NCBI GenBank assembly: GCA_964390945.1
Contig: CAYMIV010000004.1
Coordinates: forward strand, 1-63,946
Direction: 5' to 3'
Source of the DNA: an uncultured Candidatus Saccharibacteria bacterium
GTDB lineage: Bacteria; Patescibacteriota; Minisyncoccia; Phycocordibacterales; UBA918
DNA: 63,946 nucleotides
Shown piece by piece: positions 34,723 to 43,288 of the stretch. The translations under genes were made by a program, and so were the position numbers. The first letter of the stretch is position 1, and every line of letters begins with the position of its first letter. The notes beneath the pieces were generated by a model. It was not told the origin of the DNA and did not search any database. It saw nothing but the letters and a program-made list of their open reading frames with translations.

Positions 34723-35817
34723 ATGCGCATCGGCATCATCATGCATCCATGCGGGAACCAATCAAAAGGTCTCGAGCAATATGTGTTAGAGAGTACGGTT
34801 TCAATAATCCGGGAAGCAGACCCCAAAACCAAATTCACTGTTTTTGTGAAAGGGTATCCCGACACGAGCAGAATCCCACCGGGGACAATCGTGGTCAATC
34901 TCCCCAACACGTTTTACTGGACGCTCCACCTCCTTCTGTGGCGATCTCGGATTGATACCTTTGTCTTTTTTACGGAAACGGCTCCCTTTTTTCTTTGGAA
35001 AAAGAGCGTCATCGTGTTTTTCGACGCAGCGTACTACTACTTCGGCTCAAAAAATCTTTTTGCACGCATCAAAAGAAGGATTCGAATAGGATGGCGAAGA
35101 CAGATGCTCCGCGCTGCGCGGCACGTTGTGGCAATTTCCCAAGCGTCGAAAAAGGACCTCCTTGAAAAATTCTCCATCCCCGATAGTCATGTATCCGTCG
35201 TGTACCCGGGATTCAGGTCTTTGACGAAGCCAACCGGAACAGGCACACATGACATCGCCCCCTCTCGTCCATACTTTCTCGCCGTTGGTCCGATGAAAGA
35301 ACGCAAAAACACACTCGCAATTGTTGAGGCATTCATACGGCTTCGTAAGACGACCCGCCACACGCACTCACTCGTATTTGTGGGAAGAATGGTTGGCGGT
35401 CTCTATGAAAAACGGGTGAGAGAAGTTGTTGTTGCGAGCGGTCTTCGCGACGCAATACAGATTAAAACCAATGTTGAAGACGATGAGTTATCGTCTCTGT
35501 ACACCCATGCCGACGCACTCGTGTATCCGAGTCTCCTTGAAGGGTTTGGGTTTCCGATTCTCGAAGCACTCTCACTCGGGTGCCCGGTCATCACATCGGT
35601 AGCCACCGCAACAGAGGAGGTGGCTGGAAATGCGGGAATACTCGTCGATCCCCACAACACCGAAGAGATTACTGATGCAATGATTCAAGTTGCGGAAAAG
35701 AAATATGACCGTGAAATTTTTCTCAAACATGCCGAAGCACAGTGCGCACAATTTAGTTGGATTACTTCCGGAAAAGTTTGGAAAAAAATAATCACTGATT
35801 CACTTTATGAAACTTAA
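34723..35817 (+). CDS. GT4-family glycosyltransferase
   Basis: YPSLLEGFGFPILEALSLGCPVITSVATATEEVAG. ATG 34723 lies 2 nt after the upstream stop. Confidence 0.88.
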   Translation: MRIGIIMHPCGNQSKGLEQYVLESTVSIIREADPKTKFTVFVKGYPDTSRIPPGTIVVNLPNTFYWTLHLLLWRSRIDTFVFFTETAPFFLWKKSVIVFFDAAYYYFGSKNLFARIKRRIRIGWRRQMLRAARHVVAISQASKKDLLEKFSIPDSHVSVVYPGFRSLTKPTGTGTHDIAPSRPYFLAVGPMKERKNTLAIVEAFIRLRKTTRHTHSLVFVGRMVGGLYEKRVREVVVASGLRDAIQIKTNVEDDELSSLYTHADALVYPSLLEGFGFPILEALSLGCPVITSVATATEEVAGNAGILVDPHNTEEITDAMIQVAEKKYDREIFLKHAEAQCAQFSWITSGKVWKKIITDSLYET

Positions 35818-36967
35818 ACTTAAGGCGTGTTGGATATTGTGTCTCGTGACACTAAGGTTTTTGCTTCACGGCAGGGCGAACGATACCGGTCGAGAAATAA
35901 AGAAAATTCTTATCCTGCACGGCGGAAAACTTGGTGATATGATTTGCGCAACACCCGTTTTTCGTGCAATCAAAGAAAAATACCCACAGGCGAAAATTGT
36001 GGTAGTCGGGAACACGACAAACAAAATCACGCTCGAATACAATCCCGATGTCGATTCCTACATAGAGCTCAATGAATACAAAATTTTTGACACAATAGCA
36101 AAAATAAAAAAGGAAAATGCTGATTTTGGATGTATCGTCTCACCTGGAGCGGTTGGTCTTGCAATTTTATTCCTCGCGGGGATACCTCTCATTACGGCCC
36201 CGAGGGTCATACAGGGCTGGAGTCCCTATGAAACAAAGTCGTATAAGTTGATGTCTCATTTTGTCGTTACAAAGGGTTTTGCGGTAGGACAGTATATGCC
36301 ACGACAGTACTTGAAATTACTTGAACCAATTGGAATTTTTACCGATTCAACCAAGAAATATGTTTACTTTAGCACCCAAGCAGATGCAAAGATGGAGGAA
36401 CTCACTTCCTCCGTTAAGGTGAAATATAAATTGCTCGTTGGAGTTATGCCGGGAGCGGGAAATAAAATTAAACAGTGGCCCGCCGAACGCTTTGCGGAAG
36501 TTGCAAATCATCTCATCGAGAAGCATGGCGCTCGCATCTTCATCATCGGAAACGAGTCAAACAGGAAAGAGATAGACACCATGCGTGCCGGCGTGCGAGG
36601 ACAAGAGCACATTACCGACGCCACCAAGCTCTCGCTTGATGAACTTAAAGCGCTTATTTCCAAACTCGATATGACGGTGAGCGTTGATACCGGCCCTGTC
36701 TTTATCGCAGAGGCGCGGGGCATTCCCACCATAGACATAGGAGGAGTTATTCACGCTCATGACCAGGCGCCAAATGACGGCAAATTCCATATCCTCATTA
36801 CCTACGACGGCGAACCGCTTTTATGGTCAATGAACTGTCGAGTCTACGATTATGAAAAAGTCAGAAAGGGAATAGAAAGTATAACCGCTTCAGTTGTTAC
36901 GAATGCGGTTGACGAACTTGTGAAAAAGATAGAGGAAAAGAGAAAATTGACAGACACTTTAATTTGA
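35807..36967 (+). CDS. GT9-family glycosyltransferase (heptosyltransferase-like)
   Basis: ILILHGGKLGDMICATPVFRAIKEKYPQAKIVVVG and VSVDTGPVFIAEARGIPTIDIGG match the GT9 patterns (GD....P....lk...P, DtGp.HlA.A.g.P). Confidence 0.82.
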   Translation: MKLKLKACWILCLVTLRFLLHGRANDTGREIKKILILHGGKLGDMICATPVFRAIKEKYPQAKIVVVGNTTNKITLEYNPDVDSYIELNEYKIFDTIAKIKKENADFGCIVSPGAVGLAILFLAGIPLITAPRVIQGWSPYETKSYKLMSHFVVTKGFAVGQYMPRQYLKLLEPIGIFTDSTKKYVYFSTQADAKMEELTSSVKVKYKLLVGVMPGAGNKIKQWPAERFAEVANHLIEKHGARIFIIGNESNRKEIDTMRAGVRGQEHITDATKLSLDELKALISKLDMTVSVDTGPVFIAEARGIPTIDIGGVIHAHDQAPNDGKFHILITYDGEPLLWSMNCRVYDYEKVRKGIESITASVVTNAVDELVKKIEEKRKLTDTLI

Positions 36968-37034
36968 CGCAAGATTGCGGAAGATGTTGTTCGAAATGCG
37001 TTGAAATCAAACCACTCATTTTGGGAGAACGATA

Positions 37035-38570
37035 GTGAAAACCGCTAAGGTTTTGCTGGTGTACCCACCGACGCAGCTCATGCCGACGGAAATGCCGAGA
37101 CCCGATGGATCGCTCGGGCTCCTGTATCTTGCGGGGGCGCTCCTGCGCGCCAGCATCAAGACCGATGTGCTCGATGCAACGGTGGGCACTCCAGAACACA
37201 AGCTTGAGGAAACCTTTTACCGCAGAATTATGCAGGAGAATGGTCTCGTCAAAATTGGCCTGTCTGAAGACGAGCTCACTGAAATCATCGCGAGAGGCGG
37301 CTACAACATCGTTGGAATTAGTTGTCTCTTTACCCCGCAAACCAAGATGGCGCTCATGGTGGCGAGGGCTGCCAAGCGCGCGTCCGAAGACATTCTCGTG
37401 GTGGCCGGCGGTGTGAATGCTCGTAGCCTCCCGAAGATGTTTTTCGATGCAGGGGTGGACGTAATTTGCACTACCGAAGGAGAGGAAGTAATCGTAAACC
37501 TAGTTCGAGCATTCGAGCGGGGTGAACGTCTCCGAGTCTCTGGAACGATGGTGCGGGAACATGGCATGACCATTCGCCTGCCTGCGTCGAAGGATGACGT
37601 ACACAGCGATTTGGACCTGCTCCCGTTCCCGGCCTGGGAAAAACTCCCGTTTTTGCACTACGATACTCTTCGAGGTGGCGGTCGAGCGCAGAATCGGAGT
37701 GTCGAACGCACCGCATCAGCAATGTTTTCGCGGGGATGTCCGTTCGAGTGTCTCTTTTGTCACATCTCGAACGAAAAAGAACACCCGGAGGAATCGGGAG
37801 ACATCGGCAAGCTTCGACTGAAGTCAGAGGCTCGGGTGGTTGCGGAGCTCATACGTCTGCGAGAACTCGGTGTTCGCATGGTCTACCTTGAAGATGACTC
37901 GCTCCTCGCAAAGAAGGCGAGAATCAAGAGAATCTTTGCGCACCTCCGAGAGGTTGGCATTACGCTCAAGGATGTAAACGGGGTCAATCTTGTCCACTTT
38001 CTTAAGGGGAGGGGGCAAGGAGAGAAACCAAGCATTGATCGGGAACTCCTTGAACTTCTCTACGAAGCGGGCATGAACGAAATCGTGTTTCCCGTAGAGT
38101 CAGCGAGCCAACGAGTAATCGAGAAGTATGCAACAGGAAAGTTGAACCACGACATACTCGATGTTGTCGAGCTCGTCAGGGTTGCAGGTGAGGTTGGTAT
38201 CACGACACCGATTAACATGATGATTGGATTTCCGGATGAAACAGAGGAGGAAATCCAGCAGTCAATCGAACTCGGTCGTTGCCTCGTCGAGGCCGGAGCG
38301 CCGTACTGTTCGCTCTATATCCCCATCCCGTTCCCGGGCAGCCGCCTTTTCGAAATCGCAATCAATCAAGGGTACTTGAGAAAGGACTTTAACCCCGACG
38401 ATTTCAACTGGCGAAGGGCGGTGATGCAAAACACAACCGTCCCGCCCCGAAGAATCGAAGAGTTGCAGCGAGAGGGGTGGATGAACATTAATCCGCAAGA
38501 CTATGTTCAGAAGCGTCTCGCAATGAACGTTGTCGATCGGTGGAAGAGCGGTGAACCTGAAGTGCAGTAA
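37035..38570 (+). CDS. B12-binding-domain radical SAM protein
   Basis: N-terminal B12-binding-like domain (VLLVYPP...GISCLFT) and the radical SAM cluster motif RGCPFECLFCHI (CxxxCxxC). GTG start with GGGAGA upstream. Confidence 0.88.
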   Translation: MKTAKVLLVYPPTQLMPTEMPRPDGSLGLLYLAGALLRASIKTDVLDATVGTPEHKLEETFYRRIMQENGLVKIGLSEDELTEIIARGGYNIVGISCLFTPQTKMALMVARAAKRASEDILVVAGGVNARSLPKMFFDAGVDVICTTEGEEVIVNLVRAFERGERLRVSGTMVREHGMTIRLPASKDDVHSDLDLLPFPAWEKLPFLHYDTLRGGGRAQNRSVERTASAMFSRGCPFECLFCHISNEKEHPEESGDIGKLRLKSEARVVAELIRLRELGVRMVYLEDDSLLAKKARIKRIFAHLREVGITLKDVNGVNLVHFLKGRGQGEKPSIDRELLELLYEAGMNEIVFPVESASQRVIEKYATGKLNHDILDVVELVRVAGEVGITTPINMMIGFPDETEEEIQQSIELGRCLVEAGAPYCSLYIPIPFPGSRLFEIAINQGYLRKDFNPDDFNWRRAVMQNTTVPPRRIEELQREGWMNINPQDYVQKRLAMNVVDRWKSGEPEVQ

Positions 38571-38579
38571 AAGAACCTG

Positions 38580-38608
38580 GGCGGAGTGCAAACTCCGCCT
38601 TATTTTTT
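38580..38608. terminator. Bidirectional rho-independent terminator between convergent genes
   Basis: ggcggagt/gcaa/actccgcc followed by ttatttttt. It sits between the stops at 38570 (+) and 38610 (-). Confidence 0.85.
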
Positions 38609-38609
38609 A

Positions 38610-39422
38610 TTACGCAAAAAACCTTGTGAGAAGTCCTTTCGTTTTCTTCGGAACCTCTTCTCCACGGATGATAAATTTTTCAATCACGTGCGCAACCCCA
38701 TCATTGTCGACTGTGGGTGCAACATAATCGGCTTCCACCTTAAGTTTGTCGTCGGCATTTCCCATCGCCACCTTAAGACCACAGACTTCAAAAAGTGGCA
38801 TATCGTTTCGTGAGTCACCGACAGCGATAATCTCATTTTGGTTGAGACCACGCATACGTATGAGTTCCTGCACCGCATGTTGCTTGTTTGCTCCGGCATG
38901 AGTAATATACACCTCCTGTCGATACTCTCTGTTTTTGTCCCAGGAGTAGAATTTGTGGCAGGAAATATCAGGGATTGACTGAAGTTCTTTGAGGCACTCA
39001 TCGGAATCTTCTTTTGATGCAAAGTAACTTAGCTGCACCGCGAGCGGTTTATATATCGGATGGTCTTTTGGATTTTTGAACTCGACCCCATTGTCATTGA
39101 TGGTAAAAGAACCGATGTCGCGCGCATCTATGAGCGCAAGGATTCGGTCGATGCCTTCCCTGGTAATGGGTTGTTCCCAGAGAACCTCATGGGTTTTCGG
39201 GTCAACAATTTGTGAGCCACCGTTAATGACACAGGGCTTGTCCAGGTTGAGTGAACTAAAAGTCTCCTTGAGCCAATCGAGCGGGCGTCCGGAAACAAGG
39301 TGAACACCGACGGAATCTCTGATTTGATTCACCGCGTTTTGTACCACTTTTGACGGAATTGTGTGCGGACCGACCGGTACAAGAGTCCCATCGACATCCA
39401 GGAGCAATGATTTATACTTCAT
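38610..39422 (-). CDS. HAD-IIB (Cof-type) sugar phosphatase
   Basis: LLLDVDGTL (motif I) and AVGDSRNDMPLFEVCGLKVAMGNADDKLK (motif IV). ATG 39422 (MKYKSLL) is preferred. Confidence 0.88.
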   Translation of the reverse strand: MKYKSLLLDVDGTLVPVGPHTIPSKVVQNAVNQIRDSVGVHLVSGRPLDWLKETFSSLNLDKPCVINGGSQIVDPKTHEVLWEQPITREGIDRILALIDARDIGSFTINDNGVEFKNPKDHPIYKPLAVQLSYFASKEDSDECLKELQSIPDISCHKFYSWDKNREYRQEVYITHAGANKQHAVQELIRMRGLNQNEIIAVGDSRNDMPLFEVCGLKVAMGNADDKLKVEADYVAPTVDNDGVAHVIEKFIIRGEEVPKKTKGLLTRFFA

Positions 39423-39442
39423 ATTTTGAGAAACATAATAGC

Positions 39443-40399
39443 ATGGCAAATCGAGAGACTACACAAAAATTCAAAAACACTAAAGTTCTCCTCATCGGGG
39501 ATACCATTGTTGATGTGTATACCTACTGCAATATTGTCTGTGAAGCTCCGTACGCGCCCATTTATGAAACTGAAAAAATTTCTTCCCAAGTATCATTCGG
39601 GGGTAACTCGCTTGTTGCTAATAATATGCTCGAACTCGGGGGTGAGGTTACCTTTATTTCAGTTATTGGAGACGACGCTGAAGCAAAGTACTATGACAGG
39701 TTTACGCATCCTAAGTTAAAGAAATTGTTCTTTACAGACAAGACAAGAAAGACCACTGTGAAAGAGCGCTGGTTTGCGGACGGCAAGGCACTTCTCCAGG
39801 TGAATCAGGTGGACAATCATGACCTTGGAAAAGATCTCGAAGAAAAGATTATGAAAGCTGTGGAACGCGAAGCAAAAAAAGTTGATGTGATTGTTGTTAT
39901 GGACCCGCAACATGGCGTGCTCACGAGAAATATCATTCAAAAACTTCTTACCGTGAGCAAGAAGTTTAATAAACCGCTCTATGTTGACGTGCAGGTATCG
40001 CACCGCAAGAGCAGACATCACTTATACAAGGGTGCAGATGCTTTTTTTCTTAATCAAAATGAGGCGAGTGCAGTGTACGCGCGCTTTGATCCGTCGAAAA
40101 CAACGACATTGCTCCAGATTGCCCGAAAACTTAATACGCGAAGGGTTGTTGTGAAGCTTGGAGAGCGGGGGTCTATTGCCTACATTGAGGGACGGCTCAT
40201 CAAAACCCCGCCGCATCCCGTTGAGGCGGTAGACGTTTGCGGGGCGGGAGATGCGTTTCTCGCCGCATTTTCTATCGCTCAAAGTCTTAGTATTGAAGAG
40301 TTGTTGCATCGTGCAAATGTGTGGGCCGGTCTTTCGACGACCATTCACGGGACTATACCTCCAAAGCGCAGAGATCTTCATAAGGCGCTTGGTCTGTAA
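39443..40399 (+). CDS. PfkB-family sugar kinase, RfaE/HldE domain-I-like (heptose-7-phosphate kinase-like)
   Basis: VLLIGDTIVDVYTYC..CEAPYAP.. compares with RfaE vGD.mlD.y..G...R.SPEAPVPV. GAGDAF is present near the C-terminus. ATG 39443 lies only 20 nt from the divergent HAD start. Confidence 0.8.
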   Translation: MANRETTQKFKNTKVLLIGDTIVDVYTYCNIVCEAPYAPIYETEKISSQVSFGGNSLVANNMLELGGEVTFISVIGDDAEAKYYDRFTHPKLKKLFFTDKTRKTTVKERWFADGKALLQVNQVDNHDLGKDLEEKIMKAVEREAKKVDVIVVMDPQHGVLTRNIIQKLLTVSKKFNKPLYVDVQVSHRKSRHHLYKGADAFFLNQNEASAVYARFDPSKTTTLLQIARKLNTRRVVVKLGERGSIAYIEGRLIKTPPHPVEAVDVCGAGDAFLAAFSIAQSLSIEELLHRANVWAGLSTTIHGTIPPKRRDLHKALGL

Positions 40400-40490
40400 T
40401 TTTCACTCCACTGCGATATACTGACCAGTGGAACTTCTTTCCGGAGTGGCTAGTTTTAATCATCGTCGAATTTCATCGCGAGAGGCAACT

Positions 40491-41225
40491 ATGGAAATCA
40501 AGACACTGAAACAGCATTTGAAAATCAAACTGTTTGCCGATGGTGCAGACCTCGTTGCAATCAAGGAAATGGCGTCGAATCCGCTTGTCGAGGGTTTTAC
40601 GACAAACCCGTCGCTCATGAGAAAGGCGGGCGTCGCCGACTACCGTGAATTTGCCCGCGCCGCACTCAACGTCATTGGTGACCGACCGATTTCATTCGAG
40701 GTCTTTGCCGATGAGTTCGGCGAGATGGAGAAACAAGCACTTGCCATCGCGTCATGGGGAGAGAACGTATACGTGAAGATTCCGGTGACGAATACGAAGG
40801 GAGAGTTTTCAGGTGAACTCATCCGGCGCCTGTCGAAACGAGGTGTGCGGCTCAATGTGACCGCTCTCATGACACTTGATCAGGTGAAACGCGTGACAGA
40901 GTGTCTCACCAAGGAAACGCCCGCTGTCATCTCGGTCTTTTGCGGCCGAATTGCCGACACCGGTGTTAACCCTGTGCCGACCATGATGGAAGCCGCCAAG
41001 GTTATGGCTGTCATGCCGAAGGCGGAACTTCTCTGGGCAAGTCCGCGGGAGCTCCTCAACGTGTTTGAGGCAGATGGGGCGGGGTGCCACATCATCACCG
41101 CAACCACGGATGTTCTGAAGAAACTTTCCCTTGTCGGGAAAGACTTGGATGAATATTCGCTCGAGACGGTACAGATGTTCTACAATGACGCACAGGCGGC
41201 TGGTTATACGATTGCAACTCAATAG
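40491..41225 (+). CDS. Transaldolase-family protein (TalC / fructose-6-phosphate aldolase type)
   Basis: KLFADGADLVAIKEMASNPLVEGFTTNPSLMRKAG and VYVKIPVT. ATG 40491 has GAGAGG upstream. Confidence 0.85.
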   Translation: MEIKTLKQHLKIKLFADGADLVAIKEMASNPLVEGFTTNPSLMRKAGVADYREFARAALNVIGDRPISFEVFADEFGEMEKQALAIASWGENVYVKIPVTNTKGEFSGELIRRLSKRGVRLNVTALMTLDQVKRVTECLTKETPAVISVFCGRIADTGVNPVPTMMEAAKVMAVMPKAELLWASPRELLNVFEADGAGCHIITATTDVLKKLSLVGKDLDEYSLETVQMFYNDAQAAGYTIATQ

Positions 41226-41284
41226 CGAAGTGTTAGATTCAAATGGCCGCTCATTCGTTTGGGCGGTCTTTTCAATGGATTATA

Positions 41285-41794
41285 ATGATTCCCATGAATA
41301 ATGACCGCACCAAGATAGTTTCGCTCGAAGTGCTTGCCACTATTGTGGAGAGATTAAGAGCAGAGGGAAAAAAGATTGTCAGCACAAACGGCACATTTGA
41401 CCTTCTTCATGTTGGGCACGTGAGGGGGCTTAAAGAGGCAAAGAATTTGGGCGACGTGCTCATTGTTGGACTAAACTCTGATTCCTCGGTGAGGGAATAT
41501 AAATCGCCGCTTCGCCCAATCATTCCAGAAGCAGAGCGAGCAGAAATGCTTGCTTCGCTCACCTGCGTCGATTATGTGGTGATTTTTGAAGAGACAGACC
41601 CAATTCGTTTCCTCGAAATTGTTAAGCCCGATATTCACGCAAAGGGTGAGGAATACGACCTGGAAAACCTCAAGGAAACACCCACAGTCAAAGCCAATGG
41701 GGGAGTCGTACGAAGCATCACTCGTGTGGGTTCGGAAGACGGAGTTAAATCAACATCAAAGATTATCGAGAAGATACTCAAAGCGTACGGATAG
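41285..41794 (+). CDS. Cytidylyltransferase-fold nucleotidyltransferase, RfaE/HldE domain-II-like (heptose-1-phosphate adenylyltransferase-like)
   Basis: TNGTFDLLHVGHVRGLKEAKNLGDVLIVGLNSDSSVR...RPI...ERAEMLASLTCVDYVVIFEETDP...VKPDIHAKGEEY matches the RfaE-II pattern almost motif for motif. Confidence 0.88.
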   Translation: MIPMNNDRTKIVSLEVLATIVERLRAEGKKIVSTNGTFDLLHVGHVRGLKEAKNLGDVLIVGLNSDSSVREYKSPLRPIIPEAERAEMLASLTCVDYVVIFEETDPIRFLEIVKPDIHAKGEEYDLENLKETPTVKANGGVVRSITRVGSEDGVKSTSKIIEKILKAYG

Positions 41795-42920
41795 GCTCGG
41801 TAGTGTATATCAACAAAGTCGTCTCACTCATGTTTCTCACGGTCACCCCTGTGTTCGGCGTAATGAGAAATTCATTATTGCCCTCGAGTGAAAGGGGATT
41901 GTCGTTAAGTTCACCTTGACCGCTCCACAAAATCCCGGCTTGCGGGGTTTCTTTTTTTGGAACGATGAGGGTTCTGCCCGGTGGAACTTCCCATCCTTCA
42001 CCATAGAACATGTCAAAGAAAATTTGGTATCGCGTTCCCTCATTCCCGTGCTCTATTATTTTTGGTGCGTGGAAATATTTATCCTTGAGCCCCTGGTCTG
42101 TCGTATGTTCCCAATTGGTCGCTGTATCGATAAATTGGTCGGGGTCTTCCATACCGTCTCGCATAACGTGTTCGCTGTATTTGCTGGCGCGTTCCGCATC
42201 CTCTAATCGTTCGCCAAGCCGCCAGGAAGCATTCGCGTAGTCATCAGCCGGACGCTGTATTTCGAATGTTACATACGGACCCGGGGCATGGAGCGTTTTT
42301 TCAAGAACGGTCCACCCCGTGTTTGGTTCAATTTGGAATTCATTGAGGAGCTCAAACATCGAATCATCCTGCCCAAAACGCACAAGTCGTCTTTTAAACT
42401 CTTCTCTGGTCACGCCACTCTTTAAGCCAATTCGTGTGATGGCGCCGGTCTCGTCGCTCTTATTATATGGAGGCACATTCGTGGGTGGAAAAAAGTACGC
42501 CTCGGTTTTGTGGGGATGTACGTGCACGGGGATTGGGGGCACCTCTTTTGTTCCAAAACTTGTTTCTATGGGCGTTCCGCCGATATCAAGAATTTTCGTG
42601 AGAGGCCACGCATCGACATAATTTCCAAAAATTGACGATCCTGCGACAGATGCGAGCTCTTTGAGCGTCACCCACTCATTCCCAATCTGAATGTTTGTCA
42701 TTCCTTCTCCTTCCACTCGAATTGTGTTTTCCGCCCCGACCATTGACATAATCCAGAGCTCAACGGGGACATAACCGCGCGAATCGGCATTGGCGAGGGA
42801 ACTGTTCTTCGCGATGATGTCATTTCCGAAATAGGTATTTCGGTACACCAGCGCGCTTCGTGCGGTGAGAACCCCCCGTTTTTCATTCAGCCATTTTTCC
42901 ACCTCATTTTGTGTGACCAT
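41778..42920 (-). CDS. Cupin-type sugar-phosphate isomerase, type I phosphomannose-isomerase-like
   Basis: VPVELWIMSMVG compares with the PMI motif ELWMGAHP, and PIPVHVHPHKTEAYFF with the PMI motif QVHP. It is 380 aa. The 3' end overlaps the convergent gene by 17 nt. The function call is moderate. Confidence 0.6.
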   Translation of the reverse strand: MVTQNEVEKWLNEKRGVLTARSALVYRNTYFGNDIIAKNSSLANADSRGYVPVELWIMSMVGAENTIRVEGEGMTNIQIGNEWVTLKELASVAGSSIFGNYVDAWPLTKILDIGGTPIETSFGTKEVPPIPVHVHPHKTEAYFFPPTNVPPYNKSDETGAITRIGLKSGVTREEFKRRLVRFGQDDSMFELLNEFQIEPNTGWTVLEKTLHAPGPYVTFEIQRPADDYANASWRLGERLEDAERASKYSEHVMRDGMEDPDQFIDTATNWEHTTDQGLKDKYFHAPKIIEHGNEGTRYQIFFDMFYGEGWEVPPGRTLIVPKKETPQAGILWSGQGELNDNPLSLEGNNEFLITPNTGVTVRNMSETTLLIYTTEPIRTL

Positions 42921-43063
42921 GTTTCTTTGATGATACTATACCCGTCGATTTCAATCCAAATAAAGGTCTTTTCCGAATGTCATCCTCCACTTGCGTGGGT
43001 TATAATAAGTAACTATTATACGAATGGGGCGGTTTTATCGGGGTAAAACAAACAATACAGAGG

Positions 43064-43279
43064 ATGGGACTTAAAGAATCATGGGTGGGACGCCTGTTTT
43101 GGGACAAAAAATTTTTCCACTACACGTGGATTGGTCTTCTCGTGTCCGCCTCAAACGTATTTCTCCTGTGGCTTTTTATTGACATAATGGGCATCCCAAC
43201 CATAATTTCGGGTATTATCGTCGTGGGTATTACGTTTATTGTTCGCTACCTTCTCCTCATTTTCTTTAAGATTTTTTAA
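43064..43279 (+). CDS. 71-aa 2-TM protein resembling one half of a GtrA-family protein
   Basis: KFFHYTWIGLLVSASNVFLLWLFIDIMGIP...ITFIVRYLLLIFFKIF resembles a single GtrA repeat unit. It lies directly upstream of the GT2 gene. Confidence 0.5.
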   Translation: MGLKESWVGRLFWDKKFFHYTWIGLLVSASNVFLLWLFIDIMGIPTIISGIIVVGITFIVRYLLLIFFKIF

Positions 43280-43288
43280 TCAATTACC

